Positions 40,104-50,069 of a stretch of 64,000 bases of DNA are shown piece by piece (the stretch's first letter is position 1; the number at the start of each line of letters is the position of its first letter). Where the stretch lies: contig JAFTGL010000008.1 of the NCBI GenBank assembly GCA_017457955.1, positions 36,068 through 100,067 on the forward strand, written 5' to 3'. The notes beneath the pieces are model-generated. The model did no database searches. It was given only the letters and a program-made list of their open reading frames with translations, and was not told the DNA's origin. The position numbers and the translations under genes are program-made. This DNA is from Ruminococcus sp. GTDB lineage: Bacteria > Bacillota > Clostridia > Oscillospirales > Acutalibacteraceae.

Positions 40104-42458
40104 ATGAGCATTACCATGGAAAAGCTCACTGAGCTTTCAAGAAGTGCATACTGCTGCAAACCGAAGCATCTGACCACAACCCAGCTGCATCTGGTACTGG
40201 GTAAAGCTATCATGGGTGAGATCGCCGAAAACTGGTCCAAGAGCAAGAAGAAGCACGCGGAAAACAGAAGAGCCTACTACTTCTCCGCAGAGTTTCTGAT
40301 GGGCAGGATGATCTATAACAACCTGTACTGCGCCGGTATTCTGGACGAAGTCAAGGATCTCTTAAAGAGCAAAGGTATCGATATCAACCAGTTTGAGGAA
40401 ATCGAGGACGCCGCTCTGGGTAACGGCGGTCTTGGCAGACTGGCTGCCTGCTTCCTCGACTCCGCCGCGACTCAGGAAGTCCCGCTCGACGGCTACGGTA
40501 TCTTCTACCGCTACGGTCTGTTCAAGCAACTGATCAAGGACGGCTATCAGGTAGAGGTCGCCGACGATTGGCTCAAGCATCCCGATCCCTGGTGCACCCG
40601 CCGCGAGGATCAGTCCCAGATCGTCAACTTTGCCGACAGCACCGTCGTCGCCGTTCCCTACGACATGGCGATCATCGGCTACGGCACTAAGAACATCAAC
40701 ACCCTGCGTCTGTGGCAGGCTGAGCCGGTCGACGGCTTTGATTTCATCGCGTTCAACGAGGGTCGTTATGATGACGCCGTCAAGAACAAGAACAACTGCG
40801 AGAACATCTCTAAGGTTCTCTATCCCAACGACAACAGCTACGAGGGCAAGATCCTCAGATTGAAGCAGCAGTATTTCTTCTCCTCCGCTTCTCTGCAGGA
40901 TATCATCCGCAGATATAAGCAGAAATTCGGCAATGATTTCTCCCATTTTGCCGAGATGACCACCATCCAGCTCAACGATACCCATCCGGTCGTATCCATC
41001 CCCGAGCTGATCCGTCTGCTCGACAAGGAAGGCATCGGCTTTGATCAGGCGTTCGACATCGCGCAAAAGACCTTCAACTACACCAACCACACCGTCATGA
41101 GCGAAGCTCTTGAGAAGTGGGATACCGGTCTGATGAAGATGATCATCCCCGAGGTCTACGCGATCATCGAGCGCATCAACGAGCGCCAGTGGCACGACCT
41201 CAAGTACAAGGGCGTAGAAGAGCACAACATCAACGCGATGGGCATCATCCGCGACGGCAAGGTACATATGGCTCGCCTTGCAATGTACGTTTCTTCCTAC
41301 GTCAACGGCGTTGCATGGATCCACACCGAGATCCTCAAGAACGACGTATTAAAGGAATGGTACTGGGTATATCCCGAGCGCTTCCAGAACAAGACCAACG
41401 GTATCACCCAGCGCCGCTGGCTCGGTCTGTGCAATCCCGAGCTTGCTTCCTTCATCACCGACCGCATCGGTTCCGGCTGGCTCAAGGATATGGATAAGAT
41501 GGAGAAGCTCGATGCTCACATCAACCCCGATTCCGTCAAGGAATTCAACAAGATCAAGTATGCGAAGAAAAAGCAGCTCGCAGCCTATGTCAAGAAGATG
41601 GACGGCGTTGAGATCAACCCGAAGTTCATCTTTGATATCCAGGTCAAGCGTCTGCATGAGTATAAGCGTCAGCTCTTAAACGCCTTCTCTATCATGTGGA
41701 TCTACTTCCGCATCAAGAGCGGTCAGCTGCCCGATTTCCAGCCGACCTGCTTCATCTTCGGCGCGAAGGCTGCTCCCGGCTATAAGAGAGCGAAAGCCAT
41801 CATCAAGTACATCAACGAGATCGCGAACCTCGTCAACAACGATCCCGACACCAAGGATAAGCTGCAGGTCGTATTCGTTTCCAACTACAACGTATCCTAC
41901 GCTGAGAAGCTGGTCGTCGCGGCGGATATCTCCGAGCAGACCTCCACAGCGGGTACAGAGGCTTCCGGTACCGGCAACATGAAGTTCATGTTCAACGGCG
42001 CTGTTACCCTCGGCACCTACGACGGCGCGAACGTTGAGATCGCTCAGCAGGCAGGCGAAGAGAACGAGTATATCTTCGGCGGCAGAGTTGAGGATATTGA
42101 GCGCTTGAAGAAGGAAGGCTACGATGCGAGAGCGCTGTATAACAGCAATCCCATGATCAAGCGCGTCGTCGATACCTTGATCGACGGCACCTTCAATGAC
42201 AACGGCGCTACCGGCGAAGGTTCCTTCGCAGAGCTGCACAACGCGCTCATCAACGGTACCAACTGGCACCATGCAGACCACTACTTCCTGCTGTATGATC
42301 TTCCGGATTATGTCGCGAAGAAGCTGCAGGCGAACAACGATTACAAGGATCGTATCGCTTTCGGTACCAAGTGCTTGAAGAACGTCGCTCACTGCGGTAC
42401 CTTCAGCTCCGACCGTACCATCCTCCAGTACGCTTCCGAGATCTGGAAAGTAAAATGA
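40104..42458 (+). CDS. glgP: Glycogen/maltodextrin phosphorylase
   Basis: LGNGGLGRLAACF, QLNDTHP, KRLHEYKRQ, EASGTGNMKFM. Confidence 0.94.
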   Translation: MSITMEKLTELSRSAYCCKPKHLTTTQLHLVLGKAIMGEIAENWSKSKKKHAENRRAYYFSAEFLMGRMIYNNLYCAGILDEVKDLLKSKGIDINQFEEIEDAALGNGGLGRLAACFLDSAATQEVPLDGYGIFYRYGLFKQLIKDGYQVEVADDWLKHPDPWCTRREDQSQIVNFADSTVVAVPYDMAIIGYGTKNINTLRLWQAEPVDGFDFIAFNEGRYDDAVKNKNNCENISKVLYPNDNSYEGKILRLKQQYFFSSASLQDIIRRYKQKFGNDFSHFAEMTTIQLNDTHPVVSIPELIRLLDKEGIGFDQAFDIAQKTFNYTNHTVMSEALEKWDTGLMKMIIPEVYAIIERINERQWHDLKYKGVEEHNINAMGIIRDGKVHMARLAMYVSSYVNGVAWIHTEILKNDVLKEWYWVYPERFQNKTNGITQRRWLGLCNPELASFITDRIGSGWLKDMDKMEKLDAHINPDSVKEFNKIKYAKKKQLAAYVKKMDGVEINPKFIFDIQVKRLHEYKRQLLNAFSIMWIYFRIKSGQLPDFQPTCFIFGAKAAPGYKRAKAIIKYINEIANLVNNDPDTKDKLQVVFVSNYNVSYAEKLVVAADISEQTSTAGTEASGTGNMKFMFNGAVTLGTYDGANVEIAQQAGEENEYIFGGRVEDIERLKKEGYDARALYNSNPMIKRVVDTLIDGTFNDNGATGEGSFAELHNALINGTNWHHADHYFLLYDLPDYVAKKLQANNDYKDRIAFGTKCLKNVAHCGTFSSDRTILQYASEIWKVK

Positions 42459-42550
42459 GCAGCTTGAAGCTGCACCCGGTCCGACCTATTGCAAACGCGG
42501 ATGTTAACTGACGTTTCATGAACGGTCGGTTGGAAAACTTCATAATAATA

Positions 42551-42579
42551 AACTGCCCTGAGAGATCGGGGCAGTTTTT
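42551..42579 (+). terminator. Intrinsic terminator after glgP
   Basis: AACTGCCCTGA...TCGGGGCAGTTTTT. Confidence 0.65.
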
Positions 42580-42609
42580 GCATGTTTGACAGTTTTTTTC
42601 AAAAAACTC

Positions 42610-42640
42610 TTGACTTTTACCCTGCGTCAAAGTGTAATAT
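42610..42640 (+). promoter_or_regulatory. MerR-type promoter with 19-bp spacer and dyad operator
   Basis: TTGACT-19 bp-TAATAT; imperfect dyad ACTTTTAC-N5-GTCAAAGT. Confidence 0.65.
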
Positions 42641-42672
42641 GAGGGTGAATCAACGACTATTCAGGTGATCAT

Positions 42673-43575
42673 ATGAAAATCAAAGCCGTATGCGAGCGCA
42701 CAGGGCTGTCCGACAGGGCGATCCGTCTGTATATCGAAAACGAATTGCTCTCGCCCGAGAAAACCGAACACTATACCGGCAGGCGATCCTTTGACTTTTC
42801 CGAGGATGACGTCCTGCGGCTCGACAAGATCGCGGTTCTGCGCGCGTCGGGTTTTTCGATCGCGCAGATCAAAGAAATACAGGAGACTCCCGAGACCATT
42901 CCGAACATTGTCGCCGAGGTGACCGAAAAGCAGGAGACGGAGCTCAGGCGCAGTGAAAAGGTGCTAAGCTCCCTGAGCGCACTGGACGAGGAGATATGCT
43001 CTTTCGAGGAACTTGCCGACCGTCTGACGGATAATGAGACGGCAGAAGCCCCCAAGACGCCTGCCGAGGATGACCGTATGCGTCTGCGCTGGCTGATCGC
43101 GCGGTTCATCGAGGGCGCGTACAGCGCTGCCGTCATCGACGGTGTGGTGCGTGCGGTGCTGCTGGTCGCGCTGGTGTTCTTCGGCTACTATGTCAAGTTC
43201 GATAACGCGGAAGGCTACCTCTTTTCCGCGGGCATGTGGTCGGACATCGCCGTGATCGCTGTCGCGTCTGTGTTCGCCTTACTTAGCGCGCAGATTACTC
43301 TGCGCGACGAGGACGCGGTCAATACGCTCGTCAAGCTGTTTTTGAGCAACCTTATCGTTACCGCCGCGATAGGGCTGATGTTCCTCGTGTGGCTGATCGC
43401 GCGGATCATCCTCTATCCCGTCCGGCCTATCCCAAACTATGAAACCATCCATATCGCCGAGCTGTGGATCGGCTTCATCGGAGTCTCGGCGATCGTCAGG
43501 ATTACAGTACTGATCCTATCTTTTCAAAGGGAATCGAAGCAATCCGAACCGGAGAGAGGAGAATCCGTATTGTGA
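42673..43575 (+). CDS. MerR family regulator with C-terminal transmembrane region
   Basis: MKIKAVCERTGLSDRAIRLY, GFSIAQIK; four hydrophobic segments in the C-half. Confidence 0.8.
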   Translation: MKIKAVCERTGLSDRAIRLYIENELLSPEKTEHYTGRRSFDFSEDDVLRLDKIAVLRASGFSIAQIKEIQETPETIPNIVAEVTEKQETELRRSEKVLSSLSALDEEICSFEELADRLTDNETAEAPKTPAEDDRMRLRWLIARFIEGAYSAAVIDGVVRAVLLVALVFFGYYVKFDNAEGYLFSAGMWSDIAVIAVASVFALLSAQITLRDEDAVNTLVKLFLSNLIVTAAIGLMFLVWLIARIILYPVRPIPNYETIHIAELWIGFIGVSAIVRITVLILSFQRESKQSEPERGESVL

Positions 43576-44354
43576 AAGAAAAAACCATGAAACGAAACAA
43601 CCTCCTCTTCTATGTGCTGTTCGGAATGACGGCGGTTTTTCCGATATTCTATTCCTGCCGCCGAATCTTTCTCCATGGCTATACAGTGCTGTTTGACGGT
43701 TGGATTATCTGCGCTGATGTGCGTAATATCATCATGATCGGCATTTGTACTGCTATGCTGATTTTTAAGGATAAGCGCGCCGGCAGGATGGCAAAGATAT
43801 TGTTGATTTTCTCTCTTATGTTGCTCCCTGTTAGCAGACTTTTGATGATTATTTGCTTTGCGGAAGGTTATATCGGCACGATCAGCACGTTGGATAGTGT
43901 GATCTATCTTTCCGTGATCGTGATACTGATCGTCACAGCTTGGATATATATCAAAGCAAACTGGCTGATGACGATTGAGATTATCATATTCTGTGTTTTA
44001 TTGGGGATCAGCGTGTTTTACAGTATATTCCCGCTTATGTTTGCTTATGAAAAGGTGAGCGACGTTGTTGACATTCCCTCGCCCGACGGGATCCATCATG
44101 TCAGAGTGATCGAGTACGCGGATGACGACGTCAAAGATTGGCACATCAAAGTAGTTTTTACCTATAACAGCGCAGAGAGCTTTTCGATCGGATCAATGGA
44201 GTTTATGAAGGATTATTGCCTGATCGACCAAGATCACGAGATTGACATAGATTCGCAGATCACGTTTCAGGATAACGAAACCATTACCGTAAAGAATAAA
44301 ACCTATACCTATGACGGAGAATATGTCGCCGAGTCTCCCGAACCGCCGCTGTAG
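43572..44354 (+). CDS. Hypothetical membrane protein
   Basis: GTGA overlap with MerR stop; about 5 TM helices then a soluble SPDG-containing domain; start could be ATG 43587. Confidence 0.65.
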   Translation: MKEKTMKRNNLLFYVLFGMTAVFPIFYSCRRIFLHGYTVLFDGWIICADVRNIIMIGICTAMLIFKDKRAGRMAKILLIFSLMLLPVSRLLMIICFAEGYIGTISTLDSVIYLSVIVILIVTAWIYIKANWLMTIEIIIFCVLLGISVFYSIFPLMFAYEKVSDVVDIPSPDGIHHVRVIEYADDDVKDWHIKVVFTYNSAESFSIGSMEFMKDYCLIDQDHEIDIDSQITFQDNETITVKNKTYTYDGEYVAESPEPPL

Positions 44355-44372
44355 AATCGGCAAAAAGGATAG

Positions 44373-44409
44373 AACACCGCCCTTCCGGATCAAACGGAAG
44401 GGCGGTGTT
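44373..44409. terminator. Terminator between convergent genes
   Basis: AACACCGCCCTTCCG...CGGAAGGGCGGTGTT hairpin. Confidence 0.7.
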
Positions 44410-44425
44410 GATACTTAGTATTAGT

Positions 44426-44549
44426 TGTACGGGAGTATTTTGACGCTCCCGATTGAAAATCAAAATTGATTTTCAAAAAAATCTTATCATTTTTGTGCTG
44501 CTGCAAAAGATCGCTTTCGCGAACGGGCTGGTCAAGACCCGCCCCTACA
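44426..44549. repeat. REP-like inverted doublet
   Basis: TGTACGGGAG...CTCCCG and reverse-complement TGTAGGGGCGGGTCTTGACCAGCCCG. Confidence 0.55.
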
Positions 44550-44557
44550 CAGTACAA

Positions 44558-44986
44558 TCAGATAACATAGTTATCCGCGGCGTCGGTGTTGACGAGGTCG
44601 ATCAGGCGGATGCCGTCGAAGTATTTGTTGGTCATGTCGTAGAAGCCCTGCCACATCCCTAAGGTGCGGCACTCGGCAGCGCGCTCGCAGGGCTCTGCGT
44701 CGGCGCTGAGACAGGTGACGGGCGCAAGGTCGCCCTCGGTCAGGCGCAGTACCTCGCCGACCGTGTAGTTTTCGGGATCGCGGGTCAGCTTGTAGCCGCC
44801 GCCCTTGCCGTGAACACCCTCGATCAGCTTCGCCTTCGTCAGGGTGGGGAGGATGCGTTCGAGGTATTTCAGCGAGATCTCCTGTCTGGCGGCGACGTCC
44901 TTCATCGGGATGTACCCGCCGTTGTTATGCTCGGCGAGGTCGATCAGCACGCGCAGGGCGTACCGTCCTCTGGTTGAAACCATCAT
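44558..44986 (-). CDS. Rrf2 family regulator (IscR/CymR-like, three Cys)
   Basis: STRGRYALR, ISLKYLE, GKGGGY, PVTC...C...C. Confidence 0.9.
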   Translation of the reverse strand: MMVSTRGRYALRVLIDLAEHNNGGYIPMKDVAARQEISLKYLERILPTLTKAKLIEGVHGKGGGYKLTRDPENYTVGEVLRLTEGDLAPVTCLSADAEPCERAAECRTLGMWQGFYDMTNKYFDGIRLIDLVNTDAADNYVI

Positions 44987-45147
44987 AAATATCACCTTTT
45001 TACAATAATTATCAATCACTATTATTTATAGTGCTATTATACCACAAACTCGGTAGGTAAATCAAGTGTTAATTTATAATCTTTCATCACTTTACACCTT
45101 CACATTTTTATACTATAATATTGGCAAATCATTTGTGTGAGGTCATT

Positions 45148-46200
45148 ATGAAGGCTTTGATTGCGATGAGCGGCGGGGTAGATTCCTCAGTCGCCGCTTT
45201 GTTGATGGGGGATCATGAGCGTGTGGGCTGTACCATGCGCCTGTTCGACGCGGAAGAAACCGAGAATAAGCGCCCGAACACCTGCTGTTCCTTAGAGGAC
45301 GTTGAGGACGCCCGCGCGGTGTGCTACCGGCTCGGAATCCCGTACCACGTGTTCAATTTTACAGACGACTTTGAGGATAAGATCATCCAAAAGTTTGTCG
45401 ACAGCTACCGCAGGGGCATTACGCCCAATCCCTGTATCGACTGCAACCGCTATATGAAATTCGATAAGCTTTTTTACCGCGCCCGACAGCTCGGCTGTGA
45501 CTGTGTCGTCACGGGGCACTACGCCCGCATTGAAGAAGCCGACGGCAGATATGTGCTGAAAAAAGCGCTCGATCCTTCAAAGGATCAGAGCTATGTGCTC
45601 TATTCGATGACGCAGGAGCAGCTTGCGCATACGCGCTTTCCGCTCGGCGAATTGACAAAAGACGAGGTGCGCCGTATCGCCGAGGAAAACGGCTTTGTCA
45701 ACGCCCAAAAGCCCGACAGTCAGGACATCTGCTTTGTCCCTGACGGTGACTATGCCGCCTTTATCGAGCGGCACAGCGGCGCGATGTCAACAGGCGATTT
45801 TGTCACGACCGACGGCAGGGTGCTGGGACAGCACAAGGGCATTTCTCACTATACGATTGGTCAGCGCAAGCACCTCGGCATCAGCGTCGGCGAGCCGATC
45901 TACGTCGTGAAGATCAACGCCGACGACAACACGGTCGTCCTCGGTGATGAAGCCGCCCTGTTCGGCACGGTCGCACGGGTGGACGATTTCAACTGGATCG
46001 CGGGCGAAGCTCCCGCACAGCCCGTCCGCTGTAAGGCGAAAACCCGCTACCGTCAGACCGAACAGCCCGCGACCGCGTATCCTCAGGCGGACGGCACGGT
46101 GGAGGTCGTGTTCGATACGCCGATCCGCGCCATCACCCCCGGTCAGGCATGCGTGCTGTATGACGGCGACGTTGTATTAGGCGGCGGCGTGATACAATAA
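45148..46200 (+). CDS. mnmA: tRNA 2-thiouridylase
   Basis: AMSGGVDSS, TPNPCIDCN, TGHYA, KDQSY, DSQDICF, TPGQ. Confidence 0.95.
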   Translation: MKALIAMSGGVDSSVAALLMGDHERVGCTMRLFDAEETENKRPNTCCSLEDVEDARAVCYRLGIPYHVFNFTDDFEDKIIQKFVDSYRRGITPNPCIDCNRYMKFDKLFYRARQLGCDCVVTGHYARIEEADGRYVLKKALDPSKDQSYVLYSMTQEQLAHTRFPLGELTKDEVRRIAEENGFVNAQKPDSQDICFVPDGDYAAFIERHSGAMSTGDFVTTDGRVLGQHKGISHYTIGQRKHLGISVGEPIYVVKINADDNTVVLGDEAALFGTVARVDDFNWIAGEAPAQPVRCKAKTRYRQTEQPATAYPQADGTVEVVFDTPIRAITPGQACVLYDGDVVLGGGVIQ

Positions 46201-46231
46201 CAAAAGCGCTTCTGCAAAGAAGCGCTTTCTT

Positions 46232-46768
46232 TTATTTACCGAGCATGCGTTTTTTGATGTCCGCTTTGTCGAACGCGACGGCGATCAGGATGAAGATCAG
46301 CGCCGAAGCGATCGCCTGAATGGAGTTTTCGGGCATTTTCCACAGGGCGGTGACGATCGCGCTGTGGAAGCTGTCGCCCGCCAGCAGCTGACGGATCAGC
46401 TTGGAGATCGAATAACCAATCACAGTGACCAGACCCGAGGGAATGGTCATCAGCGCGTTGCGCTTCGACAGGAGCTTATCTCCCTTCGCGCTGAAGAACA
46501 CGGCGTTGAGCGCCTTGATGATAACGGTGTAGATGATGGTCTCGGGATAGACCAGCAGGTCCGCGATTCCGCCGCCGATGGCTGACGCCGCTACCGCGTA
46601 GGGCAGGGGCAGAAAGCTCGCCGTCAGGTAGATCATCGAGTCGCCGAGGTGGACGTAGCCGCCCGTGGGCGTTTTGATCTGGACAAATGCGGTCATCACC
46701 GCGATCATCGCCGCGAAGAGCGCCGCGATGACGATGTTGAGCGTATGCTCCGAGTGTTTCGTTTTCAT
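46232..46768 (-). CDS. ECF transporter S-component-like membrane protein
   Basis: AALFAAM, GYVHLGDSMIY, AIGGGIADL; about 5 TM. Confidence 0.75.
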   Translation of the reverse strand: MKTKHSEHTLNIVIAALFAAMIAVMTAFVQIKTPTGGYVHLGDSMIYLTASFLPLPYAVAASAIGGGIADLLVYPETIIYTVIIKALNAVFFSAKGDKLLSKRNALMTIPSGLVTVIGYSISKLIRQLLAGDSFHSAIVTALWKMPENSIQAIASALIFILIAVAFDKADIKKRMLGK

Positions 46769-46841
46769 ATATCTTCCTCCAAATTCGGATTGTGTTGAAA
46801 AAAACGGCTCCGGTGTTACCCGAAGCCGTCAATGTCATGGA

Positions 46842-47774
46842 TCAGTCCTGGAACAGGGGAGTGGAGAGGTAGCGGTCGCCTGTATCGGGCAGGAGAACAA
46901 CAATGTTCTTTCCTGCGTTCTCGGGGCGCTTCGCGACCTCGATCGCCGCGTATGCCGCCGCGCCTGACGAGATACCTACCAGCACACCCTCACTCTTGCC
47001 GATGAGCTTGCCTGTGGCAAAAGCGTCCTCGTTGGTGACGGCGATGATCTCGTCATAGATCTTGGTATCCAGTACCTCGGGGACAAAGCCCGCGCCGATA
47101 CCCTGGATCTTATGCGCGCCCGCAGTGCCCTTAGAGAGCACGGGGGAAGAAGCGGGTTCAACCGCGATGACCTTGACGTCGGGATTTTTACTTTTCAGAT
47201 AAGAGCCTACGCCCGTGACGGTACCGCCCGTACCGACGCCTGCGATAAAGACGTCTACCTTGCCGTCGGTGTCGTCATAGATCTCGGGACCTGTGGTTGC
47301 GAGGTGAGCGGCAGGGTTGGCGGGGTTGACGAACTGACCGGGGATGAACGAATTCTCAATCTCAGCCGCGAGCTCGTCAGCCTTGGCGATCGCGCCCTTC
47401 ATGCCCTTGGTGCCGTCGGTGAGCACCAGCTCGGCGCCGTAAGCCTTCATCAGCTGTCTGCGCTCGACGCTCATGGTCTCGGGCATGACGATGATGATGC
47501 GGTAGCCTCTTGCTGCCGCGACAGCCGCCAGACCGATACCGGTGTTGCCGGAGGTCGGCTCGATAATGACGGAGCCTTCTTTCAAGAGTCCCTTAGCCTC
47601 CGCGTCGTCGATCATTGCCTTCGCAATACGGTCCTTGACGGAGCCGGCGGGGTTGAAGTATTCGAGCTTTGCGAAGATCTTCGCGTTCAGGTTCAGTTTC
47701 TTTTCAATATTGCCCAGTTCGAGCAGAGGGGTCTTGCCGATCAGCTGGTCGGCGGATGTATAAATATTAGCCAT
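46842..47774 (-). CDS. cysK: Cysteine synthase A
   Basis: [39 protein letters not shown]; RBS AAGGAG before ATG 47774. Confidence 0.96.
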   Translation of the reverse strand: MANIYTSADQLIGKTPLLELGNIEKKLNLNAKIFAKLEYFNPAGSVKDRIAKAMIDDAEAKGLLKEGSVIIEPTSGNTGIGLAAVAAARGYRIIIVMPETMSVERRQLMKAYGAELVLTDGTKGMKGAIAKADELAAEIENSFIPGQFVNPANPAAHLATTGPEIYDDTDGKVDVFIAGVGTGGTVTGVGSYLKSKNPDVKVIAVEPASSPVLSKGTAGAHKIQGIGAGFVPEVLDTKIYDEIIAVTNEDAFATGKLIGKSEGVLVGISSGAAAYAAIEVAKRPENAGKNIVVLLPDTGDRYLSTPLFQD

Positions 47775-47827
47775 AACTTTCTCCTTATTATATAGTATAG
47801 ATTTGGATTTGTAAATACGGTTATCGG

Positions 47828-47860
47828 TCAGCGCCGACATCGGAATCCGCTCAGGTACAT
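47828..47860 (-). other. Putative leader peptide [10 protein letters not shown] upstream of cysK
   Basis: AAGAAGGTG RBS-like sequence, ATG...TGT CGG CGC TGA, downstream of a TTGACA-17-TATTAT promoter. Confidence 0.45.
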
Positions 47861-48060
47861 CGTAACACCTTCTTAATACTACCTACCTATCAAACAGGTT
47901 GGTATTATAATAGCAGTTACTGCCCGAAATGTCAATACTTTTTTGAAAATTATTGAATCTTTTCAAAAACGCAAGGCGTTGAGAGTCTTTCTTTGGTGAC
48001 CATTTACTTGACAATATAAATAAGAAGTGATAAAATAACAACAGTAGGATAAGCTAATGT

Positions 48061-48090
48061 AAAGAGTGGGTCTTGACGGACCCGCTCTTT
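48061..48090 (+). promoter_or_regulatory. rimP leader hairpin
   Basis: AAAGAGTGGGTC-TTGACG-GACCCGCTCTTT, similar to the hairpin commonly seen upstream of Firmicutes rimP. Confidence 0.55.
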
Positions 48091-48130
48091 GTTATTGTTT
48101 ATGACATGTAATTTGAGACGGGGTGATTAT

Positions 48131-48610
48131 TTGGCAAACAGCAAAGGCAAAAACACCGTATCCATTGTCGAAGAGATCGCCGTTCCGATCGCCGACAGCC
48201 TCGGGCTGCGGATCTGGGACGTACGGTATCTGAAAGAAGGCTCACAGTGGTATCTGCGGGTTTTCATCGACAAGGACGGCGGCGTGGATATCAACGACTG
48301 CGAAGCGATGTCGCGCGCGCTTGACGAGCCGCTCGACAAAGCCGATCCCATCGACGGCGAGTATATCCTCGAGGTCAGCTCCCCGGGTATCGAGCGCGAG
48401 CTGATACGCCCCGAACACTTTGCAGAGTTTATCGGAGCGGATATCATGGTCAAGATGATCCGGCCGCTGGAGGGTATCGGCAAAGAATTCAAAGGAGTGC
48501 TCACAGCCTATGAGGACGGGATGGTCACCATCACCGACCACAGCGGTGAGAACACTGTCACCATCAGCAAAAAAGACGCCGCGTATATCAAGCTCGACGA
48601 CTTTGATTAA
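48131..48610 (+). CDS. rimP: Ribosome maturation factor RimP
   Basis: LRVFIDK.GGV.INDC, YILEVSSPGIEREL; TTG start. Confidence 0.93.
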   Translation: MANSKGKNTVSIVEEIAVPIADSLGLRIWDVRYLKEGSQWYLRVFIDKDGGVDINDCEAMSRALDEPLDKADPIDGEYILEVSSPGIERELIRPEHFAEFIGADIMVKMIRPLEGIGKEFKGVLTAYEDGMVTITDHSGENTVTISKKDAAYIKLDDFD

Positions 48611-48651
48611 GTGATATATTCAATCTATATAGAAAGGTCTGATTTGGAAAA

Positions 48652-49734
48652 ATGGCAAGCAACAAAGAACTCTTTGAGGCGCTGCGGCTCCTTGAAAAAG
48701 AGAAAGGAATTCCCGCTGAGTACATGATCACTCAGATAAAGAAAGCGATCGTTACCGCCTGCAGAAACCTCTACGGCGGCAATGAAAACGTCGAGATCAA
48801 GATGGACGCCGATAAAAACACCTTCTCCGTGAAGCTGATGAAAACGGTCGTCGAAGAGGTCGAGGACCCGAACTACGAGATTTCCCTCGAGGACGCGACG
48901 ATCATCTCCAAGCGTGCCGCGGTCGGCAAAGAAGTCGGCATCCCGCTCGAGCCCAAACAGTTCGGGCGCATTGCGGTACAGACCGCCCGCTCCGTCATCC
49001 GTCAGGGTATCCGCGACGGTGAAAAGGATCAGATTTTAGTCGAGTTCCAGTCAAAGGCGCAGGAGATCGCTACCGCGACCGTCGAGCGCGTCGACCCCGT
49101 TACCGGCAACGCGACCCTGAAATTCGGCAACGCCGTCACTGTCCTGCCCAAGTCCGAGCAGATCGAGGGCGACGTCCTGCGCGAGGGCGGCACCATCAAG
49201 GTTTATGTCGCGGGCGTCCGAGAGGGCGAAAAAGGTCCCCGCGCCATTATCTCGCGTACCCATCCCGATTTTGTCAAGAGACTGTTTGAGAAAGAGATCC
49301 CCGAGATCTACGACGGCACCGTGGAGATCAAATCCATCTCCCGCGAGGCAGGCTCCCGCACCAAGATGGCTGTTTTCTCCGAGGACAGCGAGATCGACGC
49401 GGTAGGCGCCTGTATCGGTACACGCGGCGCGCGCGTCAACACCATCGTTGACGAGCTGGGCGGCGAGAAGATCGACATCGTTCCCTACAGCGACGATCCC
49501 GAGCAGTTCATCGCGGCGGCTCTGTCTCCCGCTAACGTCGTCAAGGTAGAGCTTGCCGACGACGGCACCAAGGCGTGCAAGGCGACCGTTCCCGACGGTC
49601 AGCTCTCGCTGGCGATCGGCAACAAGGGTCAGAACGTCAGACTGGCAGCCAAGCTAACCGGTTATAAAATAGATATCCGTCCCGAGTCAGGCTTCTGGGG
49701 CGAGGATACCGACGACGACAAGGAAACAACTTAA
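48652..49734 (+). CDS. nusA: Transcription termination/antitermination factor NusA
   Basis: FGRIAVQTA, EIPEIYDG, REAGSRTK, SLAIGNKGQNVRLA. Confidence 0.96.
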   Translation: MASNKELFEALRLLEKEKGIPAEYMITQIKKAIVTACRNLYGGNENVEIKMDADKNTFSVKLMKTVVEEVEDPNYEISLEDATIISKRAAVGKEVGIPLEPKQFGRIAVQTARSVIRQGIRDGEKDQILVEFQSKAQEIATATVERVDPVTGNATLKFGNAVTVLPKSEQIEGDVLREGGTIKVYVAGVREGEKGPRAIISRTHPDFVKRLFEKEIPEIYDGTVEIKSISREAGSRTKMAVFSEDSEIDAVGACIGTRGARVNTIVDELGGEKIDIVPYSDDPEQFIAAALSPANVVKVELADDGTKACKATVPDGQLSLAIGNKGQNVRLAAKLTGYKIDIRPESGFWGEDTDDDKETT

Positions 49735-49805
49735 GCTTGTATCCGTTCCGCCTTTCCCCGTATATCCGGTGTGAAGGCTGAACCATCAGTAAGGAGAGAA
49801 TCTTT

Positions 49806-50069
49806 ATGGCTGAGCGAAAAATACCGCTTAGAAAATGTATCGGCTGCGGCGAGATGAAGGATAAGCGCACGCTCGTCCGTATCGTCCGCAACAAGGAAGG
49901 CGAGATCTCGGTCGACCTGATCGGCAAGAAGCCCGGTCGCGGCGCGTATATATGTAAAAATATTGAATGTCTCGATCAGGCGCAGAAGGCAAAGCGTCTG
50001 GAACGCGCTTTCTCAACGAAGATCGAACCCGAGATATACGATACCATGAGGAGAGAGCTTGGTGAATAA
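49806..50069 (+). CDS. ylxR: YlxR/RnpM family RNA-binding protein
   Basis: PLRKCIGC, GRGAYIC; nusA-infB operon position. Confidence 0.9.
   Translation: MAERKIPLRKCIGCGEMKDKRTLVRIVRNKEGEISVDLIGKKPGRGAYICKNIECLDQAQKAKRLERAFSTKIEPEIYDTMRRELGE

Noticed and set aside
42459-42540. Structured RNA after glgP
   Set aside because: Some pairing (CCGACC/GGTCGG) but no recognisable family; consistent with an ordinary 3'UTR
46769-46841. Vitamin riboswitch before the ECF S component
   Set aside because: Only 73 bp containing a single hairpin; no aptamer motif
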